From contig CAWBPL010000002.1 in assembly GCA_963790805.1 (NCBI GenBank), positions 512,696-576,695 of the forward strand: 64,000 bases of DNA. Direction: 5' to 3'. The number at the start of each line of letters is the position of its first letter. The stretch's first letter is position 1. The notes below the pieces were generated by a model. It ran no database searches and was not told where the DNA came from. It was given only the letters and a program-made list of their open reading frames with translations. This stretch comes from Candidatus Gottesmanbacteria bacterium. GTDB taxonomy: Bacteria; Patescibacteriota; Microgenomatia; UBA10105; UBA927. A program made the translations under genes and the position numbers. Of the stretch, positions 36,685 to 46,454 are shown one piece after another.

Positions 36685-36795
36685 GTCGCGTAATCGCGAC
36701 GCCACAGGTCCGAATAAAGGTTGCAGTGTAATCACTGCGCCACAGGTCCGAATAAAGGTTGCAGTGTAATCACTGCGCCACAGATCCGAATAAAG
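36685..36795 (+). repeat. 38-bp tandem repeat (2 full units plus a partial) preceded by a variant hairpin
   Basis: Unit GCCACAGGTCCGAATAAAGGTTGCAGTGTAATCACTGC at 36701-36738 and 36739-36776, partial copy at 36777-36795. Each unit has a GCAGTG-TAAT-CACTGC hairpin. GTCGCG-TAAT-CGCGAC at 36685-36700. Confidence 0.9.
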
Positions 36796-36840
36796 ACAGT
36801 TCTTGTATCGAGATTAGACGTTAACAATTAACTTCTATTC

Positions 36841-36872
36841 TCGCGACAAGAGCGCGAATGGCTCTTTAAAAA
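36841..36872 (+). promoter_or_regulatory. rRNA leader boxB-like hairpin plus boxA antitermination element
   Basis: TCGCG-ACAAGAG-CGCGA followed by GCTCTTTAAAAA (boxA consensus GCTCTTTAACAA, 11/12). Confidence 0.6.
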
Positions 36873-37310
36873 TTAAACGACGTCTCTATAGCGTAGGTGA
36901 AATTCCTATTATAGAGATTTAAAGTTTTGATAGTAGTTGCATCGTAAGGGGTAATCCTTCTTAGGATTGCCTTTTATAAGATGGTTCCAGTTTTTATACT
37001 GGGACAAATTTAATTTCGTCAAATACGGACAAAGGAATTCTAAAGTAATTTGGATCCTTTGTTCTCTGCAATGCTACAAAGCTGACAATGGATGCCCTGG
37101 GCATTCATACCGAGGAAGGACGTCTATGACAGCGATATTCGTCGGGGAGGAGTCATAATCCAGTAATCCGGCGGTTTCCGAATGGGGCAACCCACTCCGA
37201 TTTAATCGGAGGAGCATATGGCGAAGCCAGTCGCAAGATTGAGGTAACCATATGTGGGACACCATCCGAACTGAAACATCTCAGTAGGGTGAGGAAAATA
37301 AATCAAGAGA

Positions 37311-37341
<31 letters not shown>

Positions 37342-37553
37342 TGAGCCTAAACCCCGCGAAAGTGGGGGGTTGTAGGGCCAGCGATATGTGATGAAAAAAC
37401 GATAGAAGAACACCATGGAATAGGTGGCCAGAGAGAGTGAAAGCCTCGTACACGAAATTGTTTTTTCCGCTAGTTGGTACCTAAGTACCAGGGGCCACGA
37501 AGGGCCTGTGGGAATCTGGGGTAACCACACTCCAAGGCTAAATATATGAATGC

Positions 37554-37592
<39 letters not shown>

Positions 37593-39059
37593 CACCCCGG
37601 AAGGGGAATGAAAGAGTACCTGAAATTGTCAGCTAACAAGCAGTGAGAGGCGTGCGTCGCAAGACGCATGCTGATCGCGTGCCTATTGAAGAATGATCCG
37701 GTGAGTTACCGTTTACTGCGAGTTTAACCATAGAAATATGGGGAGGCAAAGTGAAAGCGAGCCCTAACTAGGGCGATTAGCAGTCTGCGGTAGACCCGAA
37801 ACCAGGTGAGCTAACCTTGAGCAGGGTGAGTCCCGATGAAAATCGGGAGGAAGCCCGAACTCGTCAGAGTTACAAATCTGTGAGATGACTTGAGGTTAGG
37901 GGTAATATGCCTATCGAACTTGGAGATAGCTGGTTCTCCCCGAAATATATTTAGGTATAGCGGTTGATTATTCTTATGAAGGGGTAGAGCACTGAATGAT
38001 ACTTATTTCGCAAGGAATGGGCATCAATCAAACTCCGAATACTTTCATAAGTACTCAGCCAGTCAGACATGCACGGCTAAGCGCGTGTGTCAAAAGGGAA
38101 ACAGCCCTGATTCACATCTAAGGTCTCTAACTGTATGCTAAGTTGTTAAGGAAGTCATGGTTTAAAGACACCCAGGAAGTTGGCTTAGAAGCAGCCACCT
38201 TTTAAAGAACGCGTAACAGCGCACTGGATGAAAGCCGTGGCGCCGAAAATGATCGAGGATTAAGCATACGACCGACGATTGAACTTCTCCGATTTTATCG
38301 GAGAGGGGTAGGGGAGCGTTCTTACTGCAGCGAAGGACAGACCGTAAGGTTATCTGGAGCGGTAAGAAGTGAGAATGCCGGAATGAGTAGCGTTTGAGAG
38401 TGCGAATCTCTCATGCCGAATGCGCAAGGTTTCCGAAGCAACGTTCGTCGTCTTCGGGTTAGTCGGAACTAAGGCGAGGCCTCTATTGGGGGCGTAGCTC
38501 GATGTAAAAACGGTTTATATTCCGTTACAGAAGTGTGTTAATTAAGACTCAAGGGGGTGACAAAGGAGAATAGGTCTCATGGCTGATTCGTTGGCCACTA
38601 AGCTTTGAAATAGTGATAACTGGTAAATCCGTTATTGCGTTTAATTAAAGAAGCAGGGAAGGTCAAACCGCAAGGGGCGACCAACAGAGATAGTTTTGCT
38701 TTCGAGAAAAATCTCATTGAGAAGCACATTTTTTCCGTACCACAAACCGACACAGGTGCGCTGGTAGAGTATACCAAGGCAAGCGGGCGACAGTGGTTCA
38801 AGGAACTCGGCAACAAAAACTAGGCGTAACTTATTGGAGATGCCTTGCCTGGATTAGTCCAGGCCACAGTGAAAGACACAAAGCAACTGTTTAACTAAAA
38901 CACAGGTCTCTGCGAAGCGGAAACGCAACGTATAGGGGCTGACACCTGCCCAGTGCCGGTAAGTTAAAAAAGGTTGGTGACTTGAAGCAATTTGAGAAGC
39001 CGATTTTTTAAGCTCCGGTGAACGGCAGCAGTAACTATAACTGTTCTATGGTAGCGAAG

Positions 39060-39094
<35 letters not shown>

Positions 39095-39709
39095 TAGCAT
39101 GACTTTGTGACTGTCTTGAACCATCACCCGGCGAAATTGAAATGGCTGTGAAGATGCGGCCTACTTACACATGGACAAAAAGACCCCGTGAAGCTTTACT
39201 GTAGTTTGGCACTGAGGACTTTATTTTGACTGTCGAGCATAGGTGGGAGACTTCGGTCGAAACATGGAATACCACTCTTCGAAATGAGGAAATCTTACTT
39301 ACTCCTGCATAAAAATCCAGGAGAAGAACACTGTCTGACGGGCAGTTTAACTGGGGAGGTTGCCTCCAAAAATGTAACGGAGGCGTACAAAGGTTGGCTA
39401 ATCCTGAATGGAAACCAGGACGTGTCGTGCAAACGCGGCAAGCCAGCTTGACTGCGAGACGTACAGGTCGAGCAGACGCGAAAGCGGGTGTTAGTGATCC
39501 TCGATTACCTCGTGGGAGGTATCGGGCTTAACGGATAAAAGCTACTCCGGGGATAACAGGCTGATCGCTTCCGAGAGTCCATATCGACGAGGCGGTTTGG
39601 CACCTCGATGTCGGCTCATCCTATCCTGGGGCTGGAGAAGGTCCCAAGGGTCCGGCTGTTCGCCGGTTAAAAGGGTACGCGAGCTGGGTTCAGAACGTCG
39701 TAAGACAGT

Positions 39710-40559
39710 AGACCTTGATGGATTGACACCATCATAATGAGCTGTCAGTTTTCCGATGTTCTATACGAACCACATCGAGATAAATTTTACTGTTATATTT
39801 TATTGAAAACCTTTGCGTTATAGCAAAGAAAATCTGACTATTTGCTGGAAACTCCGAGCATGACGTGATACTATGGTTTATAGAGATCAATAAGTCTCTA
39901 TGAATACAAGTGAAAAATCATCGTCTGCGGACAATCAGCAGGTAAGTAAGAAGATAAGTAATGACTATTTTGTTGGATTTGTTGATGGGGAAGGGTGTTT
40001 TTATGTGGGATTTGGTAAGCGTGATGATTTGCCACTGAAATGGCAGATAATTACGGAATTTCATGTAAGTCAAAATCCAGGGAGTCGCAATGTGCTTGAA
40101 GCGTTACGAGATAGGCTTAAATGTGGATATCTTAAGCCAAATCACGCGAAAAGCAACAGTGACAAAACGTGGGTTTTGATCGTAAAAGATCGGGATGATT
40201 TGGAAAATAAGGTTGTTCCATTCTTTGAGAAATATCCATTACAATCAGCAAAACAACAGGATTTTGTAATATTCAGACAAGTGTTGCACCTTATACAGGT
40301 GAAGCAACATTTGACAAAAGAAGGCTTTAAAGAGATTGTTGATCTAGTTTTTTCAACTAGTAGACAGACTAATAAGCGTTATTCAAAATCCATACTTTTA
40401 TCTTCTTAACACCTCAGAGACTATATGTCAGACTCCGATTCGATCGGAGAAGATATAGTCCGAACTTAGTAGCGATACTAAGAGTATACCCTTCGGGTAT
40501 CCATATCTTTAAGCAACTTCGATAAGAATTGAACTTGCAAGAGCTATGTAACAATATTG
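39710..40559 (+). mobile_element. Group I intron in 23S rRNA at the GACAGU|UCGGUC site (I-CreI-type site, about E. coli position 2593)
   Basis: rRNA collinearity breaks after ...GTCGTAAGACAGT (39709) and resumes at TCGGTCTCTATCC (40560). The upstream exon ends in U and the insert ends in G. It carries a homing endonuclease ORF. Confidence 0.8.
39900..40409 (+). CDS. LAGLIDADG homing endonuclease, single-motif (homodimer type)
   Basis: YFVGFVDGEGCF motif. 169 aa with no second motif. Located inside the 23S intron. Confidence 0.9.
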   Translation: MNTSEKSSSADNQQVSKKISNDYFVGFVDGEGCFYVGFGKRDDLPLKWQIITEFHVSQNPGSRNVLEALRDRLKCGYLKPNHAKSNSDKTWVLIVKDRDDLENKVVPFFEKYPLQSAKQQDFVIFRQVLHLIQVKQHLTKEGFKEIVDLVFSTSRQTNKRYSKSILLSS

Positions 40560-41044
40560 TCGGTCTCTATCCTGTGTGAGCGTTGGATTCTTGAGGGGAG
40601 TTCTCCGTAGTACGAGAGGACCCGGAGGAACAGATCCCTGGTGTGTCTGCTGTCGGAAAACCGGCAACGCAGAGTAGCTAGATCTGGAAGGGATAAGTGC
40701 TGAAAGCATCTCAAGCACCAAGCCTACCCCAAGATGAGGAATCGTTATAGACCCGTTGTAGATGACAACGTTAATAGGCGGGAGGTGTACACGCTGTAAG
40801 GCGTTTAGCTAACCCGTACTAATCGGTCGATGTTGCGGAGAACAAAGGATATCACCTTTGTCCGCGATGAAATTAATGACAAGGGTAATCTGTCGGATTA
40901 CTCCTTACGTAGTAACTACTTTTGAAAGTGAAGACTTAACAATTGAATAAGATAGACTCTGTAGCAAAAAGTATCCAGCGTTGCTGGATGGTTCACAGTA
41001 TGTCCCGATCAAATCGGGACGACTGTTCACAAACCGCTCTAGAG

Positions 41045-41166
41045 TCTTCCAGTCTTTTGAGCGATGTGGAAACACCCGATCCCATTCCGAACTCGGAAGT
41101 GAAACGCATTAGCGCCAACAATAGTGAATTCGCAAGAATTCGTGAAGATAGGTCAAGGCTGGGGGA
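41045..41166 (+). rRNA. rrf: 5S rRNA
   Basis: CCCGATCCCATTCCGAACTCGGAAGTGAAACGC core. Helix I: 41045-41056 with 41155-41166. Flanking stem AAACCGCTC/GAGCGGTTT, then a T-tract. Confidence 0.9.
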
Positions 41167-41189
41167 CTGTGGAGCGGTTTTTTGATAGC

Positions 41190-41216
41190 TAATTTACCTA
41201 ATTCGCAGGTTTGCCG
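41190..41216 (+). repeat. 27-nt intergenic motif, copy A
   Basis: TAATTTACCTAATTCGCAGGTTTGCCG, between the 5S gene and the cupin stop codon. Confidence 0.8.
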
Positions 41217-41228
41217 GCGCGATCATTA

Positions 41229-41570
41229 TTATTCTAAATACTCAATATAATCTTGAAGATATCGTGGGGTATTAATAGCAACCATTTTTAAATTACCCTC
41301 GTCAAAGTATGGGGTTCCTCGGCTAATAAAAACGAGATCACCTTTTGAGACATTTGTTTTATTGCCATCAATAGTGAAAAATCCAGATCCCGCAATTACG
41401 TAATAGGCAGCGTCCCCGCGTTTATTAATTATCTTTTTATTTTTACCCGAAATTTCAACGATAGAAACGCTTAAATTATCAATCTCATCAGAAGAGAGAA
41501 TTTGTGTGACTTTAATGAAGCCCCTGTTCTCTGTTTTCGTTTCAGAGGTTCTGATAATCTTATATTTCAT
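41229..41570 (-). CDS. Cupin-domain protein (113 aa)
   Basis: Small beta-barrel pattern (GDAAYYVIAGSG...GDLVFISRGTPY). Confidence 0.7.
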   Translation of the reverse strand: MKYKIIRTSETKTENRGFIKVTQILSSDEIDNLSVSIVEISGKNKKIINKRGDAAYYVIAGSGFFTIDGNKTNVSKGDLVFISRGTPYFDEGNLKMVAINTPRYLQDYIEYLE

Positions 41571-41576
41571 ATGTAT

Positions 41577-41603
41577 TAGTTTACCTTATTCATCGGTTTG
41601 CCG
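41577..41603 (+). repeat. 27-nt intergenic motif, copy B
   Basis: TAGTTTACCTTATTCATCGGTTTGCCG, fills the cupin-racemase intergenic gap. Confidence 0.8.
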
Positions 41604-41609
41604 CGATTG

Positions 41610-42314
41610 TTAATATGATTGTTTTGCTGCTTCTTGTGCGTACAACTCATTGAAATCGATAAGCGGAACCGTTGCGTCGGTCTGTTTGACCAATAACGGT
41701 AACTCCGTGCACGCGAGTAAAATGCTCTCTGCTCCTTTGGCTTTCATTTTTTCGATGAACCGTAATAAGTTCGTTTTGTCTTCGTTTGTTTGTTCGCCAC
41801 CGATGATATTTAGAATGATCTGTTCGACGATTTTTTGATCGGCATCATTCGGACTAATTACGTCTATGTGCGCTTCCCGCAAATACTTGCTATATGTTTC
41901 CTTTTTGATTGTGGTGTATGAAGCGAGTATTCCAACCTTCTTATATCCCTTTTCTATAACATAATCGGTACTGACCTTTGCGATTCGGATGATGGGAATC
42001 TTTACCAACGGTTGCAGTCTATCGATAAAATATTGCAATGAGTTGCAGGTGATGATGATGAACGCACAGCCATCCTGTTCCAGTTTTTTCGTTGCCTCTG
42101 CAATGAGTGAAAAGGTAAGATTTTCATCGGCAATGCTCTCGACGAGATCCGGCGTCGGAACGCTATAGATAATCATCGGCGGATAATCGCGGATAAACTT
42201 GGCGCCGAAATGATCCTGATAATATTTGATAATCCGCATATAATGATCAGCTGTGGATACTGGTCCTTGGCCACCAATGATGCCAATGGTTTTGTGCGTA
42301 TTCATTAGAAACAT
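41610..42314 (-). CDS. Aspartate/glutamate racemase family protein
   Basis: IGIIGGQGPVST, with catalytic Cys motifs ITCNS and LACTELP. Confidence 0.85.
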   Translation of the reverse strand: MFLMNTHKTIGIIGGQGPVSTADHYMRIIKYYQDHFGAKFIRDYPPMIIYSVPTPDLVESIADENLTFSLIAEATKKLEQDGCAFIIITCNSLQYFIDRLQPLVKIPIIRIAKVSTDYVIEKGYKKVGILASYTTIKKETYSKYLREAHIDVISPNDADQKIVEQIILNIIGGEQTNEDKTNLLRFIEKMKAKGAESILLACTELPLLVKQTDATVPLIDFNELYAQEAAKQSY

Positions 42315-42340
42315 TATATCAGTGGGGAGAAGATTATAGT

Positions 42341-42367
42341 TAATTTACCGTATTTGTCGGTTTGCCG
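42341..42367 (+). repeat. 27-nt intergenic motif, copy C
   Basis: TAATTTACCGTATTTGTCGGTTTGCCG, in the divergent racemase / GNAT region. Confidence 0.8.
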
Positions 42368-42393
42368 TTGCTTGACGGTAGTATAATGACCGC

Positions 42394-43233
42394 ATGAGTT
42401 ACACAATCCGTCGGGCGAGTAAAAAAGAACTGGAAACTGCCATTGATTGGGCAGCCAAAGAAGGGTGGAATCCTGGCTTGTACGATGCGGAGGCGTTTTA
42501 CGCGTTGGATCCAACGGGATATTTCATGGGATTTGTAGATAACGAGCCGGTGGCTTCGCTTTCCGCCGTTTCGTATCATGGTGGATTTGGATTTTTGGGA
42601 TTCTATATCGTGAAACCTGAACATCGGGGGAAAGGATATGGCTGGGCACTCTGGCAGGAGGCGATGAAATATCTTGAGGGACACAACGTCGGCCTTGATG
42701 GCGTCGTTGCCCAGCAGGAAAACTATAAGAAATCCGGTTTTACTCGAGCATATGCAAATATTCGCTACGAAGGAATGGGGGTAAAAAGTGCTACGAAATC
42801 CGAATACATCGTTTCGATTTCAAAAGTACCGTTTGATGTTCTTCTTAAATACGATCGGCAGGTGTTTCCTGCGGACAGGGCCACATTTCTTAAACTTTGG
42901 ATTAAACAGCCCAAAAGCTTGGCGCTTGGATACGTGAAAGACGGGAAACTGTTGGGATTCGGTATGGTGCGGCCATGTAGAGTGGGGTATAAGGTGGGGC
43001 CGTTATTTGCGGATAACGGGAAGGTTGCGGACGAATTATTCCAACAGTTTCGCGCATTTGTCGGTAAAGAAAAAATTTATCTGGATGTGCCGGAACTCAA
43101 TAAAAAAGCCGTTGCATTTGCCAAGAAATACAAAATGAGACCTATGTTTGAAACCGCACGGATGTATACAAAGAATGTACCGAAAATTGATCTTCAAAAA
43201 GTCTTCGGCGTGACGACGTTTGAGGTGGGATAA
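42394..43233 (+). CDS. GNAT N-acetyltransferase with C-terminal YitH-like domain
   Basis: FYIVKPEHRGKGYGWALWQEAM acetyl-CoA motif. TATAAT ends 6 nt before the ATG. Confidence 0.8.
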   Translation: MSYTIRRASKKELETAIDWAAKEGWNPGLYDAEAFYALDPTGYFMGFVDNEPVASLSAVSYHGGFGFLGFYIVKPEHRGKGYGWALWQEAMKYLEGHNVGLDGVVAQQENYKKSGFTRAYANIRYEGMGVKSATKSEYIVSISKVPFDVLLKYDRQVFPADRATFLKLWIKQPKSLALGYVKDGKLLGFGMVRPCRVGYKVGPLFADNGKVADELFQQFRAFVGKEKIYLDVPELNKKAVAFAKKYKMRPMFETARMYTKNVPKIDLQKVFGVTTFEVG

Positions 43234-43256
43234 CTGTTCTTCTTCGTGTATACTAA

Positions 43257-43811
43257 ATGCAAGCCATGAATACTGTTGTTATCATTATTGTCGTTATCAT
43301 CCTTGCGTGGATTGTGCTCACCTATAACGGGTTTATCCAGCTAACGAACCGCGCTAATGAAGCATGGAGTGATATTGATGTGCAGCTCAAAAGGCGGTGG
43401 GATCTTATCCCGAATCTCGTGAATACGGTCAAAGCCTATGCGAAGCACGAGAGCACGGTGTTTGAAGATGTTACCAATGCGCGGGCGAAGGCAATGGGAG
43501 CGACATCGGTGCACGATAAAGACATTGCCGATGGAGTCGTTAAAGATTCGATCGGAAAACTACTTGCCGTTGCGGAAAACTACCCCCAGCTTCAGGCTTC
43601 GAGCGATTTTGTCAAACTGCAGGAGGAACTTACCGATACGGAAGATACCATTGCGGCGGCCCGAAAATACTACAACGGGACGGTCAGAAACCTGAATATC
43701 AAAATTCACTCATTTCCTGATATGATGATTGCGAGCGTTATCGGAATGAAACCGCGTGACTTTTTTGAAGCGGATGAGGAAGAGCGCGAGCCGGTTGATG
43801 TAAAGGTTTAG
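43257..43811 (+). CDS. lemA: LemA family protein
   Basis: N-terminal TM, then YNGFIQL.NRANEAWSDIDVQLKRRWDLIPNLV, typical of LemA. Confidence 0.85.
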   Translation: MQAMNTVVIIIVVIILAWIVLTYNGFIQLTNRANEAWSDIDVQLKRRWDLIPNLVNTVKAYAKHESTVFEDVTNARAKAMGATSVHDKDIADGVVKDSIGKLLAVAENYPQLQASSDFVKLQEELTDTEDTIAAARKYYNGTVRNLNIKIHSFPDMMIASVIGMKPRDFFEADEEEREPVDVKV

Positions 43812-43825
43812 AACGCACTTATTAC

Positions 43826-45763
43826 ATGAAAAAGATTATCGGGAGTATTATCCTTCTTCTTGGTTTTTTTCCGTTTTTTGTTCCTTCCACAGTCCTTGCG
43901 CAGGATTCACGAAGCTACCGTTATGCGGGTATTTCAACCGTCATAACCGTGAATCCGGATACGACCTTCGACGTTGCCGAGACACAAACGTATAGCTTCA
44001 TCGGCACGTACAACATGGGTTATCGCACGATTCCGTTTAAGAAAATCGACGGCGTTACCGATATCCGCGTCGTTGATGATACCAACCATGCGCCGCTTGT
44101 CTATTCTTCAACGCGTCTTACCAAGACCGATCCGACCAGCTGGGGGAAATATACGACCTACCGCGAAAACAACAGCGAAAATATCGAATGGTACTACAAC
44201 GCGGCGAATCAGCAAATGACGTGGACGTTGTATTACAAAGTGCATGGCGGACTAGAATTTGATAAAACGACGGACCGCCTGTACTGGAATTTGTTTACGG
44301 ATTATACGGTGCCGGTTGATGAGGCGGATGTGCGCGTGTATCTGCCGGGAAATTTTTCCTTGAGCGGGTTGCCGGTTTTTGCCTATCGCGGAAATTCAAC
44401 GATAAGTTTGAGACAAATGCCTCTGACCGGCGACCGCTCTGTCGGATTTACGCAGTATAGTTTTGCGCCGGAGGAAGCGTTTACCGTTGACGTCAGCTGG
44501 CCGATGGGGTTTATCGATCGGGGAGCGTATTGGAGAGATTTTCTTGCGATGTATTACGGCTATATTGCTGCGGCGGGTATATTTCTTCTTTTTATTATCA
44601 TCGGTTTTGTGTACTGGACGGTTGCGCAAAAATTGCCGGAGTCGCGCCTCACAGTAGTGCCGGAATATAAGCCGCCTCGGGATCTCAAACCCGCCCTTGC
44701 AGAAGTTGTCATTAAGGGGAAATTAACGCCGAAAGGATTGGCAGCGACGATTGTGGATCTGGCGGTTCGCGGGTATCTGCGGATCGAAGAAGAGAAGAAC
44801 GAGGGGCCGGGTCTTTCGTCATGCTTGAGCGTCATCTTTCCCATCGTTATTTTCATATATGTCATTATGAGAATTTTTATAACATTTGCAGGCACGCAGG
44901 TAAGTTTTGTGTCGTTCCCGTTCATTTTGATAGCGCTCGTTTGTATTTCCATTTTCATTGCCGTCGTGCGAAGCATTGCGAACCTCATGAAGGGTGCAAA
45001 AAATTATAAAGTGACGTGCATAAAAAAGCTGGAAGGCCCTGATATTGAAGATTATGAGAACCGCTATATCAGCGTTTTGATGAACGGGGATGATTCATTT
45101 ACGACCGATTCATTGAGAAAATCGACAAGCAGAACATTGTATTACGAGATTCAGGGAGTCAAAGACGCCATCGATAAGCAAGCCGAGGTTGAAACCAAAG
45201 CGTTTGCCGTTGATCCGCTTGCCGGAAAAAAGGAACTGGCTATTATGTGGATTCTACTTTTCGGCACGTTCTACTTGGTGGCATTTACGGCCGGCGCGTG
45301 GACTCAAACATCTGTAATTATCGGATCGGTCATTGTCGGTTGTGCCGGCTTACTTGTGTTCATCCGGTATCAGACGCGTCTGAACGCTGAAGGCATGATG
45401 TTGCGTGATGAATGGCTGGGATTCAAACTGTTCCTTGAGACGGCGGAAAAAGGAGAATTGCAGCATGTGAGTCCTGAAATGTTTCCCCAATATCTGCCGT
45501 ATGCGATGATCTTCGGTGTGGAGAAAAAATGGGCGAATGCATTTAACGGCATGACTATGCCACCAATGACATGGTATGGCGGCGGATACGTTGGAGGCGG
45601 AAGTTCGTCATTTAGCTCAAGCTCAGGTGGTTTTTCGGGGTTTAGCGCCTCATTTAGTTCTTCATTTTCCTCCGCATTTGCCTCATCTGCCGGTGGCGGC
45701 GGTGGCGGTGGTGGCGGCGGCGGTGGTGGCGGCGGTGGTGGCGGCGGTGGTGGAGCGGGGTAA
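43826..45763 (+). CDS. DUF2207-type membrane protein with Ser/Gly tail
   Basis: Signal peptide, large ectodomain, several TM, and a C-terminal S/F-rich then poly-Gly tail. Classic LemA partner. Confidence 0.8.
   Translation: MKKIIGSIILLLGFFPFFVPSTVLAQDSRSYRYAGISTVITVNPDTTFDVAETQTYSFIGTYNMGYRTIPFKKIDGVTDIRVVDDTNHAPLVYSSTRLTKTDPTSWGKYTTYRENNSENIEWYYNAANQQMTWTLYYKVHGGLEFDKTTDRLYWNLFTDYTVPVDEADVRVYLPGNFSLSGLPVFAYRGNSTISLRQMPLTGDRSVGFTQYSFAPEEAFTVDVSWPMGFIDRGAYWRDFLAMYYGYIAAAGIFLLFIIIGFVYWTVAQKLPESRLTVVPEYKPPRDLKPALAEVVIKGKLTPKGLAATIVDLAVRGYLRIEEEKNEGPGLSSCLSVIFPIVIFIYVIMRIFITFAGTQVSFVSFPFILIALVCISIFIAVVRSIANLMKGAKNYKVTCIKKLEGPDIEDYENRYISVLMNGDDSFTTDSLRKSTSRTLYYEIQGVKDAIDKQAEVETKAFAVDPLAGKKELAIMWILLFGTFYLVAFTAGAWTQTSVIIGSVIVGCAGLLVFIRYQTRLNAEGMMLRDEWLGFKLFLETAEKGELQHVSPEMFPQYLPYAMIFGVEKKWANAFNGMTMPPMTWYGGGYVGGGSSSFSSSSGGFSGFSASFSSSFSSAFASSAGGGGGGGGGGGGGGGGGGGGGAG
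45692..45754 (+). repeat. (GGY)21 trinucleotide microsatellite encoding 21 consecutive Gly
   Basis: Counted codon by codon from the sequence. GGT/GGC only. Confidence 0.9.
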
Positions 45764-45906
45764 ACACCCTTTTGTATCGGAATGTGATCAACACATTGAA
45801 TACAAGAAGGGGTTGGTTAAAGATATGGGAAAACTCCGTTTCTTTAACGTGTGATCCCTGATATATTGACTTTTTTCGACAAACAAATCATAGTAAAAAT
45901 ACGTCT

Positions 45907-46377
45907 ATGGCACGGAAAAAATCCCCCCAAAACCTTACCAAATCATTCATGTTGGCGCTTTTAGTTGTGCTTCTTGCGACTTCCGGCGTTCTCGTATGGG
46001 CATCCATTTCAGGAAATCAGGACATACGCGGGAGAGCATCTAATTTTGCATATGCTATTCCGGTGGGTAACATGTGCACTCCGGGTAGCTCAGTTCATTG
46101 TGTAACAGGGGCTACGTGTAAACCAGTAACAAGTAATGCTCTTAAGGGCTTTGTGATGGGAACGTGTGTTGGGCCATCGCCAACACCAGTTCCGTGTCCA
46201 TCAGCATCACGATCATGTGTTACGGCGAGCGGCGTCAGAGGGAGTCAGGGTTGCAGAACAGTAGGAGGACAAGCGGCATGGGATGATTGCCGGCCGCCGA
46301 CAAATCCATCGTCGTGCTTGGCAAATTGGGATTGTAGAAGTGGGTTTAGCTGTGGGGCGAATCATAAATGCCATTAA
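45907..46377 (+). CDS. Secreted/anchored Cys-rich protein (12 Cys)
   Basis: N-terminal hydrophobic anchor, then a Cys-studded 110-aa region. Confidence 0.6.
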   Translation: MARKKSPQNLTKSFMLALLVVLLATSGVLVWASISGNQDIRGRASNFAYAIPVGNMCTPGSSVHCVTGATCKPVTSNALKGFVMGTCVGPSPTPVPCPSASRSCVTASGVRGSQGCRTVGGQAAWDDCRPPTNPSSCLANWDCRSGFSCGANHKCH

Positions 46378-46454
46378 TGTAAAATAGGCTGTTATTGCTT
46401 CACATTGAACTTCTTTACTCCAATATAGTTTTTTATTCTTTTTTCGAGGTGGCC

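Noticed and set aside
36685-36795. Possible CRISPR array (repeated 38-bp unit with a hairpin)
   Set aside because: The units are directly contiguous with no unique spacers. There are only about 2.5 copies. No cas genes are in the window.
41190-42367. Interpreting the 27-nt repeats as integron attC sites
   Set aside because: No internal imperfect palindrome and no RYYYAAC/GTTRRRY core sites. No integrase is in the window. Kept only as an unexplained repeat family.
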